IMG/VR virus record: IMGVR_UViG_3300031787_000005 | Length of the DNA stretch: 64,000 nt | DNA from: a virus | Reading direction: 5' to 3' (one strand) | In this document: in pieces, positions 46,849-54,828 of the stretch | How positions within the stretch are numbered: the stretch's first letter is position 1 | Layout: every line of letters starts with the position of its first letter | Position numbers and translations under genes: made by a program | The notes under the pieces: generated by a model | What the model saw: only the letters and a program-made list of their open reading frames with translations | Database searches by the model: none | What the model was told of the DNA's origin: nothing

Positions 46849-47088
46849 TCAACCAACTCCATATGCTTCCAGAATAGCACGGGCAAGAGCAATAGCCAAG
46901 TCCTTCTGTTCAATACTTATATCTTCACGAGCACCACCAGAACAAGAAGTAACGAAGATACCACCATTATCTACTGTGAGTTCTACTCGGTGAGTTTCAT
47001 TCTCATCAGCAGGATTAGTCCAAGTAAAGACATCAATCTTACTGCGGAGCACATCAGTTCCAGGAAGTAAAGTGTAAAAATTACTCAT
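46849..47088 (-). CDS. Hypothetical protein
   Basis: 79-aa coupled ORF. Confidence 0.6.
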   Translation of the reverse strand: MSNFYTLLPGTDVLRSKIDVFTWTNPADENETHRVELTVDNGGIFVTSCSGGAREDISIEQKDLAIALARAILEAYGVG

Positions 47089-47480
47089 ACCAAGCTCCTC
47101 AATACTTTACGAAGAAACTGAATAGAACCATAAAACTCTTCACCATCTTGCCCACCAATCACAATCCAGTCAATTTCTTCTAGTGCAAGTTGAATTCGTT
47201 GCTCTCTTGTGAGGTCTTCAAAATCTTTTTCAGCAAGTTCTTTTCTTTCAATCGCAGCAAGATGTTGGAATGCTTCCTTATTTTCTTCCATAAGGTTCCT
47301 TGCGATGTCTAATACCTTTTCTTCTTTTTCTCTTCGTGCTGCTTCTTCAAGCATTTCTTCGTGAGTCATTTCTTTAACCTCTAATTTCATTTCTGGAGTT
47401 TGGATTTTTCCCCAAGAACTACCATCAATTGCGAAATTTTCTTTTCCTTTATCATAGAACCTCAACTTACCATCAGTCAT
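47085..47480 (-). CDS. Hypothetical protein
   Basis: MTDGKLRF..EMTHEEMLEEAARRE.. Confidence 0.6.
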   Translation of the reverse strand: MTDGKLRFYDKGKENFAIDGSSWGKIQTPEMKLEVKEMTHEEMLEEAARREKEEKVLDIARNLMEENKEAFQHLAAIERKELAEKDFEDLTREQRIQLALEEIDWIVIGGQDGEEFYGSIQFLRKVLRSLV

Positions 47481-47671
47481 ACATCCCACTCCCTTGCTTC
47501 CCAGTCCATCAAGCACATTTCACCTTGCTCCTTGTCTGTGTAGTTGTCGTAGGCATATTGTCGGCACTGGTCTTCTGTGCCCTCAAATAGCATTTCATAC
47601 ATCTTGTGGTCTCCATCATAGGTAATTTTATAGAGTCCCCACTCGTCGTAGCAATCAGGGAAGAACGGCAT
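47477..47671 (-). CDS. Hypothetical acidic protein
   Basis: MPFFPDCYDEWGLYKITYDGD. Confidence 0.6.
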   Translation of the reverse strand: MPFFPDCYDEWGLYKITYDGDHKMYEMLFEGTEDQCRQYAYDNYTDKEQGEMCLMDWEAREWDV

Positions 47672-47933
47672 CTTTGTTTCTCCTATACCATTCAAGATTT
47701 CTGGGTGCCCCATCAATTATATCACAACTCATCTCAAATGCTCGCCAGCGGAAAGTAAATCCACACAAACATTTACTACCAATATTCACAATCAGCATGG
47801 GGAAGATTTCCGTGGCAGGATATTCATCCCACTGTAGGGTGAAATCAAACAGAGCAAACTTGGGGGATGTGAGAACCTGAAAGAACCATTCGTGCCCGTA
47901 GTCCTCATAGTGTTCGGTATCAAAGAGTTTCAT
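47655..47933 (-). CDS. Hypothetical protein
   Basis: EDYGHEWFFQVL. Confidence 0.6.
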   Translation of the reverse strand: MKLFDTEHYEDYGHEWFFQVLTSPKFALFDFTLQWDEYPATEIFPMLIVNIGSKCLCGFTFRWRAFEMSCDIIDGAPRNLEWYRRNKDAVLP

Positions 47934-48148
47934 CGTAATTTACTTTTGATGGTTCTAATACATTCATTCCATTTATAACTGTTGGTATCGTGTTCTTTCG
48001 GCAACCAGTTTTCAATACTCTCAACAAGGTCCATAATGGTGGGGGTTTTATCCATATATTCACCATCACGATCTACTGGTGCTGGATTATTACAGAATAC
48101 ATCATCCCACCAGTCGGCAATCACATCATAGAGTTTTTGTTCATTCAT
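47930..48148 (-). CDS. Hypothetical protein
   Basis: MNEQKLYDVIADWW.. Confidence 0.6.
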   Translation of the reverse strand: MNEQKLYDVIADWWDDVFCNNPAPVDRDGEYMDKTPTIMDLVESIENWLPKEHDTNSYKWNECIRTIKSKLR

Positions 48149-48320
48149 CTTCATCTTCCTCATAAGGGAACATTTCATCATACTCTTCATCAGTCAGAGT
48201 AAGATACTGAACATTAGCGTTCTTGTGCTCTTCGGCATACACTGACTGATAGTGTGCGAAAGAAGATGGGTCAGAACTAGCGTATTCTAGCAGACCATCA
48301 ACAAAACAAAGGTAGTTCAT
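48141..48320 (-). CDS. Small acidic hypothetical protein
   Basis: MNYLCFVDGLLEYAS..LTDEEYDEMFPYEEDE. Confidence 0.65.
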   Translation of the reverse strand: MNYLCFVDGLLEYASSDPSSFAHYQSVYAEEHKNANVQYLTLTDEEYDEMFPYEEDEDE

Positions 48321-48517
48321 AATACCTCCCAATCACATTCCCAGTTACAATCGTTGCTTACATTAACCCAGAAGAAGTATTTCTGGTTCTCTGATGCGAG
48401 AAACATCATACCATCTCCCTTATCTTGCTCTACAATACAGATGGGGTTGTTGCCCATCATATTAGCAAGACGATTCTTAGCCTTGCTACTCTTTGGTTTT
48501 ACGGTCACTCTTCGCAT
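48317..48517 (-). CDS. Conserved hypothetical protein
   Basis: VTVKPKSSKAKNRLANMM..FLASEN.KYFFWV. Confidence 0.7.
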   Translation of the reverse strand: MRRVTVKPKSSKAKNRLANMMGNNPICIVEQDKGDGMMFLASENQKYFFWVNVSNDCNWECDWEVL

Positions 48518-48518
48518 T

Positions 48519-48983
48519 TCAATCTTTTACCCCAGTTTCAGGACTACCATCGGGCCAAACATCATCAAGTGTAGTATCTACTTCAAATCCTTCATCTTCC
48601 TTATCAGTCAGGACAGTTCCCATAGGACCTTTTTTCAGTCGTGCCCACTCTTCTTCTGCTTGCTGCATATCATCAAACTTCTTCCTCAGGTCTTCACCCA
48701 AAGTCAGTTCAAACTCATCAGCAACTTTACGCATATCTTCTTCTCTTCGGTCCTCACCAAATGCGACACCACAAGCACCTCTCATAATGTTGATCTCATC
48801 GTGACCCATCGCACGGGCAACAGTTGCAAAGAAGCGAAAAAGTTGATGAACATTAAGATCTTCAGCAGGAACCTGAAAAGTATAATGCTCTTCAGGCAAC
48901 ACTGAATCATCAAAACCACTGCTATAATGAGTGGAAGTCCACTCAGTATCAAACTGAACTTTAAGGGTTGCCTTGTAAGTCAT
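48519..48983 (-). CDS. Hypothetical protein
   Basis: 154 aa, downstream of cassette 16. Confidence 0.7.
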   Translation of the reverse strand: MTYKATLKVQFDTEWTSTHYSSGFDDSVLPEEHYTFQVPAEDLNVHQLFRFFATVARAMGHDEINIMRGACGVAFGEDRREEDMRKVADEFELTLGEDLRKKFDDMQQAEEEWARLKKGPMGTVLTDKEDEGFEVDTTLDDVWPDGSPETGVKD

Positions 48984-49004
48984 TGGTCTGTTGCGTATGA
49001 AAGT

Positions 49005-49063
49005 ATTATAATGGAAATTCCACCCATTCTATGAGTGAGTGTGCCAGTTCCTCAAGTGTCCTC
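49005..49063 (-). promoter_or_regulatory. Promoter cassette 16
   Basis: TATAAT; dyad TGTGCCAGTT-CCTC-AAGTGTCCTC. Confidence 0.7.
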
Positions 49064-49414
49064 ATCATCTTCATCATCAAACAAATCTACATCAACACCA
49101 TCAGTAAGTTCTTTTATTCTATCAAAAAAGTCTTCATCAAGTGGATATACTTTCTCTTCACCTCTATCAATACGATCACACATTTCCATCAGATACTCAA
49201 GAAATTCTTTGGGATAAGTTTCATCTAGGTTGATACTCGTCCAGAACCATTGATAACACTCTTGGTAGGGGTCATCATCATCCAAGAGAGCATATCCCTC
49301 ATAGTTTCCACTGATAAGGTCTCTCCACATCTTAAAGTTATTCCACATCTCACGCCATCCAGTTTGGAAGCAGTGACCGAAGTAATACTCAATCCAGTTC
49401 ATTTTTTTGGACAT
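49052..49414 (-). CDS. Hypothetical protein
   Basis: MNWIEYYFGHC..DDPYQECYQWFW..YPKEFLEYL. Confidence 0.65.
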   Translation of the reverse strand: MSKKMNWIEYYFGHCFQTGWREMWNNFKMWRDLISGNYEGYALLDDDDPYQECYQWFWTSINLDETYPKEFLEYLMEMCDRIDRGEEKVYPLDEDFFDRIKELTDGVDVDLFDDEDDEDT

Positions 49415-49670
49415 AGAACAATTCATCCCGCCAGTTACGACCTGCAATATCAAAACTAAATCCTAACTTACCAAGAGTGAATAGAAATGAGAATAATCTA
49501 CCATATCCCATAGAGATTTGTAGATAAGGCCATTCTATCCAGTTACCATACTCACCAAAGTCAATTGCGACTTGAAGAAGTGCATATCGTTCGGTTAGAA
49601 AGAGTGAAAAGTAGAACTCTTTACCGTAGTCTTCTCTGACTCCCCACTTTGCGACTTGAAATAGTTTCAT
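49389..49670 (-). CDS. Hypothetical protein
   Basis: 93 aa, EDYGKEFYF. Confidence 0.6.
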   Translation of the reverse strand: MKLFQVAKWGVREDYGKEFYFSLFLTERYALLQVAIDFGEYGNWIEWPYLQISMGYGRLFSFLFTLGKLGFSFDIAGRNWRDELFYVQKNELD

Positions 49671-49861
49671 TCTTCCAATTCCTGTGCTAGTTGTAGCATA
49701 TCATTTTTATCAAGAACAATCAAGTCATTTTGAGCAGTATAAAACTGAATGTTTTCAGCAGCAATACGCAAAACAGAAGCAATTAACTTCTCTTCGGTAT
49801 CAGCACCAGCATTTCGTGCTTCCCATATTTGATTCATTAATGATTGAGATCGTTCAGTCAA
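49667..49861 (-). CDS. Hypothetical protein
   Basis: 64-aa coupled ORF. Confidence 0.6.
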   Translation of the reverse strand: MTERSQSLMNQIWEARNAGADTEEKLIASVLRIAAENIQFYTAQNDLIVLDKNDMLQLAQELEE

Positions 49862-50058
49862 TGTACTTTCCTCTTTTTTAAGTAATGATGGTTTTCAGAA
49901 TCAAAGATTGTCCATTTTGCTATTTTAAGACACATTAGCACAGTTTGGTGCTCTCTCTGATACAAGTCCCAATCTTCTTTAAGTTTTGCAGCGTGTCTTC
50001 TACGATAGGCACAGCACCAAACATTTTTATAAATTTGTGCTTTTTCGGTTAAAGTCAT
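49858..50058 (-). CDS. Hypothetical protein
   Basis: NVWCCAYRRR..LYQREH. Confidence 0.6.
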   Translation of the reverse strand: MTLTEKAQIYKNVWCCAYRRRHAAKLKEDWDLYQREHQTVLMCLKIAKWTIFDSENHHYLKKRKVH

Positions 50059-50765
50059 CCCAAACTTCTCAAAAAATCTTTGTCAATTTCCTGATCAAAA
50101 CAGAGGCAGTATCTTGGTGTAGATAATTCATTTTCTACTTTATGGCGAATTCTACCCCAAAAGAACATGTGTTGATTGTTTACGAACAATCTTTTCTCTG
50201 CTTTTTCTCTATTGTTACCAAACATTAGATAACATTCTTTACCTTCTTCCTGACGAACATCAAGTCCCCAGAGACCACGAATAATTGCTAGATTATCACG
50301 TTCTGGATCTGGATCAAGATGCCAACCAATACCTTTACCAGGACCAACCATACTAATACCAAATCTTCTCTTAATTCCAGCCTCTCTCATTGTTGATGTG
50401 AGAATAGGAAGTAATTCAGAGTTTTCTCTGTGATATCCAATTTTTTCTTCTTTAACAAAAATTGGATCTCCAAAGTTTTTGCCAATAATTGTGGGTGCTA
50501 TTTTAACAAATGAGTCCCATTCATCATCAGTGATTAGTTTTGCACTAAAGGGATCTCTACACTCCATAAAGATCGGAGCAATTTGCCAACCAGCATAAGC
50601 AATTGCAGTATGACCAGAATACCCAGTATCATATCCCCAGTTACACCAATAAATCTTATCGAAATTGTCAAGAAATTCTTTTTGAATCTCTTCAAATCTT
50701 TCCTCAACAAGTTTAAGTTTTGGATTTAACTCCTCAAGAGTAAAGAAACGATCTATTTTATTCAT
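50055..50765 (-). CDS. Asp/Asn beta-hydroxylase-family oxygenase
   Basis: PGKGIGWHLD (HxD) ... IRHKVENELSTPRY. Confidence 0.75.
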   Translation of the reverse strand: MNKIDRFFTLEELNPKLKLVEERFEEIQKEFLDNFDKIYWCNWGYDTGYSGHTAIAYAGWQIAPIFMECRDPFSAKLITDDEWDSFVKIAPTIIGKNFGDPIFVKEEKIGYHRENSELLPILTSTMREAGIKRRFGISMVGPGKGIGWHLDPDPERDNLAIIRGLWGLDVRQEEGKECYLMFGNNREKAEKRLFVNNQHMFFWGRIRHKVENELSTPRYCLCFDQEIDKDFLRSLG

Positions 50766-51424
50766 AGCATACTTCTAAAAAATACATTTGGTTTATTATT
50801 AATGTGTGCAAGACTTTTAGAGGCAAACACATCCATTGCTATCACTGTTCTTGGTTGAGACATCATATTCTCAACACGATGAGTAGTATTTGAGTCAAAA
50901 GTATAAAACTTATTGTTCTCAAACAATTGAGTTTCTACATTTCCAGATTCATCTTTCATTTGAAAGATCGAATATTTATCTTCTTCTACTGGAACATCAA
51001 TTCCCCACAAAACACGATAGGTATTCAATCCTCCACCACCATAATCCTTATCACAATGCCAATCTAATGAAGCTCCTGGATGTAATACGTTGATTCCCGC
51101 AACTAATACTGCTTTAATGGAAGAAAGTGTTTGACATAATATAGGAAGGTACATTGCATTGCATGGATGAAATACTCCATGGTAACTCAATGCTCCCATA
51201 TGCCATCCAATATCACTATTGGTTTGCTTGGCATCCAAATAACTATTGAATTGAATTGGAAATCCTCTTTTATTTTGTGTAATATATTCCTTTTGTTGAT
51301 CTGTAAAATCCCTAATTTCTAGAGATTCTCGATTTGTGACAAACTCATCGTGAATTGAATCAAAATTGTCGGATAATATCTGCAATTCTGGTAGAATCTC
51401 TTTATAGTCTAAGAAGAGAGACAT
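50762..51424 (-). CDS. Asp/Asn beta-hydroxylase-family oxygenase
   Basis: PGASLDWHCD (HxD) ... FDSNTTHRVENMMSQPRTVIAMD. Confidence 0.78.
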   Translation of the reverse strand: MSLFLDYKEILPELQILSDNFDSIHDEFVTNRESLEIRDFTDQQKEYITQNKRGFPIQFNSYLDAKQTNSDIGWHMGALSYHGVFHPCNAMYLPILCQTLSSIKAVLVAGINVLHPGASLDWHCDKDYGGGGLNTYRVLWGIDVPVEEDKYSIFQMKDESGNVETQLFENNKFYTFDSNTTHRVENMMSQPRTVIAMDVFASKSLAHINNKPNVFFRSML

Positions 51425-51425
51425 C

Positions 51426-51938
51426 TTACAACCAATTAAAGTTTATATTTGCTCTATATTTAGAATCAGAAGTTGTACTAGAATTGTGCTCGTCATGGGC
51501 ATCAAATAAAATCAATCTATTTGCAACACTATCAACTTTAGTGCCATCAGACATCCGTGTGAATCCGTCACAAGTATTCAAAGAAAATATTGCTGCTTTA
51601 TGTGAAAAATCGTAATCAGAATGTTTAGTATGTTCTTTTATATTTTCAGTATTGGGATATAGATTTGCTTTAATTCTTAACCAAGATCTTAATGGATTTT
51701 CTTTATCAAGTTTTGAAGCAAAAATTTGATTTAAAAATTGAAAATGTCTGCTATTAGGAACGTTAGAAATATAAAAAACATGTACAAAATAGGTTGACCA
51801 TATTTCTGATTCTGCTTTTACATGTGTCACACCATCACTGAAGAACCATTCAAATCCTTCTTCATTATCAAGTATCAAATTAGAAATCTGTTTAAACTCA
51901 TTCTTATCTAAAAAATTATCAATAACTTTATAACTCAT
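51426..51938 (-). CDS. 2OG-Fe(II) oxygenase (cyanophage type)
   Basis: RIKANLYP..HSD..NTCDGFT..NRLILFD..HNS..RANINFN. Confidence 0.8.
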   Translation of the reverse strand: MSYKVIDNFLDKNEFKQISNLILDNEEGFEWFFSDGVTHVKAESEIWSTYFVHVFYISNVPNSRHFQFLNQIFASKLDKENPLRSWLRIKANLYPNTENIKEHTKHSDYDFSHKAAIFSLNTCDGFTRMSDGTKVDSVANRLILFDAHDEHNSSTTSDSKYRANINFNWL

Positions 51939-52132
51939 ACTGATTTCAATCCATTTAGAACTTCTTTAAACTTTTCGGCACGACTTTGATGCTCTGCAGC
52001 ATTCTGCCCAAGCACATCCACAATATCTCCCAGAATCACATCCGCAGGAGCATCGGTATCAAAGTATTGTTGGATTGCTTCGGCAAGATATCGCCGCCTG
52101 GTCCACTCTACGCTGTAGGGTTTGTAGTCCAT
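51935..52132 (-). CDS. Hypothetical protein
   Basis: MDYKPYSVEWTRRRYLAEAIQQYFD. Confidence 0.65.
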   Translation of the reverse strand: MDYKPYSVEWTRRRYLAEAIQQYFDTDAPADVILGDIVDVLGQNAAEHQSRAEKFKEVLNGLKSV

Positions 52133-52154
52133 AATGAAAGAGTTATATATGGGT

Positions 52155-52183
52155 ATTATAGGGTATCTATCCCTGTTCGTCAA
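52155..52183 (-). promoter_or_regulatory. Canonical sigma70 promoter
   Basis: TTGACG-N17-TATAAT. Confidence 0.8.
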
Positions 52184-52388
52184 GTCCTAAACATTTCTCA
52201 AACTTATCTCTCATCTCATTAATCTTGACCTGATGCTGAAATTCCATAATGTGGTCCTTTATTTCCTTCTCTTCATCAGTCAGTTCCAAACGATATTTGA
52301 GTTTAACATCAACAAGACGTACCATTTCCATATAGAACTCGGTGCCTTTATGAATAAACTCGTCGTATGTCAATCTCTGGTCCTCCAA
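52167..52388 (-). CDS. Hypothetical protein
   Basis: 73-aa ORF. Confidence 0.6.
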   Translation of the reverse strand: MEDQRLTYDEFIHKGTEFYMEMVRLVDVKLKYRLELTDEEKEIKDHIMEFQHQVKINEMRDKFEKCLGLDEQG

Positions 52389-52693
52389 TCAGTTTCGTCT
52401 TCATCACGTTTAAACCAATCATGTAAGTCATCTACACTATCAAAACCGCGACGACCAAATCGTTCATGACCTAAACCACCAATATCCAACTGATTCATAA
52501 AATCATCTAAGTCACCCTCAACCATATCAGGGTTTTCTGCTCTTCTTCTTGCCTGACGAAGCATTGTACCAGCAGAGCGGTTTGCCTTGGCAAGTTTCTC
52601 TGCCCAAATCATATCTTCAAGACTGACTTCTTCGTGTAGAACGATCTTTTCACAGATTGCTTCCAGTCTCAATCTATATTGTGTGGATAACAT
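52370..52693 (-). CDS. Conserved cyanophage/cyanobacterial hypothetical protein
   Basis: MLSTQYRLRLEAIC..WAEKLAKANRSA..LRQARR. Confidence 0.7.
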   Translation of the reverse strand: MLSTQYRLRLEAICEKIVLHEEVSLEDMIWAEKLAKANRSAGTMLRQARRRAENPDMVEGDLDDFMNQLDIGGLGHERFGRRGFDSVDDLHDWFKRDEDETDWRTRD

Positions 52694-52712
52694 AAGTCTT
52701 TCCAGATATAGT

Positions 52713-52949
52713 TTATTTATTTTTAGATTCTAATTCTTTCATCAACTCTTTGGCAAGTTGATTTGAGCGTCTCCACATTAAATACTTGACAATCGGATTG
52801 CGTGGATTATTCTTTATCCACCAGATTTGTCTTACTATCTTATTTTTTACAATATCAAAAATATACACAAAAGCATCAGCAACATTTCTGTCGCTGATGA
52901 TTACATAAGCAATGATAGCAAGTAAAGCAAACCAGGCGTAGTAAGTCAT
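52713..52949 (-). CDS. Hypothetical membrane protein
   Basis: TM N-terminus, HP/NP.NPIVKYLMW motif. Confidence 0.65.
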   Translation of the reverse strand: MTYYAWFALLAIIAYVIISDRNVADAFVYIFDIVKNKIVRQIWWIKNNPRNPIVKYLMWRRSNQLAKELMKELESKNK

Positions 52950-53116
52950 CGTCTTAGAATTTTTAGATATTCTAGCACATGTTCCCGAACTGCCATGAGT
53001 TCATTGTAACATTTTTGATTGTGAGCACACTGACGAAGTTCGTGGTCTGGTTTGTGTACACTTTCAATAAACAAATCCAGTCCTCGGTTCCATTTAACGT
53101 CTTGTGCTTCATCCAT
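52946..53116 (-). CDS. Conserved 56-aa hypothetical protein
   Basis: Manual translation MDEAQDVKWNRGLDLFIESVHKPDHELRQCAHNQKCYNELM... Confidence 0.7.
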   Translation of the reverse strand: MDEAQDVKWNRGLDLFIESVHKPDHELRQCAHNQKCYNELMAVREHVLEYLKILRR

Positions 53117-53139
53117 AATGTTCAATGTAATTGTACTAT

Positions 53140-53394
53140 TTAACTAAAAAATTGATCGATACTTGTAGTCTTTTTCTTTGATGCATTGACTTGCTTCAAG
53201 ATGTAAGACTTTGCCGATGAATAATTGTTAGCGGTGTGAACTTGCTGCCCGTTATGAATGATAATGAATTTTTTACCAGTCCAGGGGACAGCAGCCCACA
53301 TTCCGTCTTTAGTCACATAACCTTCTGGATCTCCTGGTTTAGGATCAAGGACACCAGGACGAGGAACAAATGGTTTGAGAAAGTTTTCGCTCAT
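53140..53394 (-). CDS. Conserved hypothetical protein
   Basis: GYVTKDGMWAAVPW..FIIIHNGQQVH. Confidence 0.7.
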   Translation of the reverse strand: MSENFLKPFVPRPGVLDPKPGDPEGYVTKDGMWAAVPWTGKKFIIIHNGQQVHTANNYSSAKSYILKQVNASKKKTTSIDQFFS

Positions 53395-53534
53395 CCGAAT
53401 ACTGCAGTGACACCAACAACTTTAGCAGTAGGATTACGTGCTAGAGCAGTACGACGGGCATCTTCATAGTCCCGTGCTTCAACAATTTCATCAAAAGTGC
53501 GACCAGCGACGTAGAGTTGGACTTTGCAGCGCAT
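53391..53534 (-). CDS. Conserved 47-aa hypothetical protein
   Basis: Manual translation MRCKVQLYVAGRTFDEIVEARDYEDARRTALARNPTAKVVGVTAVFG. Confidence 0.7.
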   Translation of the reverse strand: MRCKVQLYVAGRTFDEIVEARDYEDARRTALARNPTAKVVGVTAVFG

Positions 53535-53560
53535 TAGGGGGTTCCTCCTTGTGTGTGAGT

Positions 53561-53589
53561 ATTATAGCAGAAAAGTCAGCGCCTGACAA
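53561..53589 (-). promoter_or_regulatory. Sigma70-like promoter
   Basis: TTGTCA-N17-TATAAT. Confidence 0.65.
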
Positions 53590-54757
53590 TGCTGATGGCA
53601 GGTTGACCCTGTTGGAATACGGTGTCTACGACCGCCTGAACGCTCTTGGCGGTGCTGATGCCCACCTTGTCATAGACAGGCACACAGACCAGTCCAAACG
53701 TCTTCTGGGCGCCCCCCAGGCGGATCACACGCCCGATGCTCTGGGAGATACCGATGTAGTCCATGTTCCGCATGAACAACACTGCCTCCAAACCAGACAC
53801 ATTGATACCCTCAGACAGAATGCTGTGGTGCAGAACCACAAACTTCTTAGAGGAGTCTTTGCCCCAGGCATTGAGAGTATCAAAGAACACCTCACGATTA
53901 ACCTTCTGACCATCAATCACGGCACCAGTCTTGGAAGTAATATACATCCAAGAATATCCACGCTCCTTGAGGTCAGAGCAGAAGTCAGACTGAGAGACCA
54001 GATTGACGATCTGTTTGGTAGAACGAGCACAGATCAGAATCTTATCCAAACCATTATCATCAATCGTCTCCAGCAGATTAGCAGAGTCACGATCAGCAAT
54101 CATCTGCTTGTCCTGAACCATCTCAAGTTGCTTCACGACAACTTTAGGGGGCAATATGTATCCTTGATCCACCAGTTCGGGAGCAGGGACATTACAGATC
54201 ACTTGACCATAAACCTCGGGCATGTTCATCCCAGGTTTGGAAATCGTAGCAGAATGCTTAGGAGTAGCAGTGAAGAAATAACAGCGGTCAGCAACAGAAG
54301 AGAAGTGCTCCGTAGCAGGGAAAAAGTTACGTTGGACCGAGTTGTGTGCCTCATCAAAATAAATGGTATCGACATGAATATCTGCCTGCTGCAGACGTTG
54401 CAGGGAGTTGTACGTGGTGAAGATAAGTTTATGACCTTGAGTTGCTTCTACCCAAGTGCGGATTACATTAGGACGAGTGCTGCTGAAGTGGTGCGTCTCA
54501 CCGCTGTGAACGTGAAGAACTTGTGCGTTGGTGATAAACTCAAGAAACTCACTAGATAACTGCTCTGCCAGCAAGATGCGCGGGCAGCACACTACAATGG
54601 TCTGAGGAGTATCTTTCAGAAACTGACGGATGGCATCGAAGATCATCGTAGGAGTCTTACCAGCACCCGTTGGCATCACCAGTTGACCCAGTTGATGCTG
54701 TTCCATAGCATCAAGACCACGTTGCTGGTGAGGACGAAGTTCGAACACAGGTCTCAT
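53576..54757 (-). CDS. SF2 DEAH-type helicase
   Basis: LRPHQ, MPTGAGKT, FDEAH, FFTATP, ILSEGINV, QSIGRVIR. Confidence 0.88.
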   Translation of the reverse strand: MRPVFELRPHQQRGLDAMEQHQLGQLVMPTGAGKTPTMIFDAIRQFLKDTPQTIVVCCPRILLAEQLSSEFLEFITNAQVLHVHSGETHHFSSTRPNVIRTWVEATQGHKLIFTTYNSLQRLQQADIHVDTIYFDEAHNSVQRNFFPATEHFSSVADRCYFFTATPKHSATISKPGMNMPEVYGQVICNVPAPELVDQGYILPPKVVVKQLEMVQDKQMIADRDSANLLETIDDNGLDKILICARSTKQIVNLVSQSDFCSDLKERGYSWMYITSKTGAVIDGQKVNREVFFDTLNAWGKDSSKKFVVLHHSILSEGINVSGLEAVLFMRNMDYIGISQSIGRVIRLGGAQKTFGLVCVPVYDKVGISTAKSVQAVVDTVFQQGQPAISIVRR

Positions 54758-54770
54758 CGCGTATGAAACT

Positions 54771-54828
54771 ATTATAGCAGAAAGGGGTCCCCGAAGGAAC
54801 CCCCTGTGCCAGTTATGTAAGTGTCCTT
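54771..54828 (-). promoter_or_regulatory. Promoter cassette 17
   Basis: TGnTATAAT; GGGGTTCC-TTCG-GGGACCCC hairpin; dyad TGTGCCAGTT-ATGT-AAGTGTCCTT. Confidence 0.75.

Noticed and set aside
53576-54757. Helicase as a type III restriction (Res) subunit
   Set aside because: No adjacent Mod gene and no C-terminal nuclease domain; it is a stand-alone SF2 helicase
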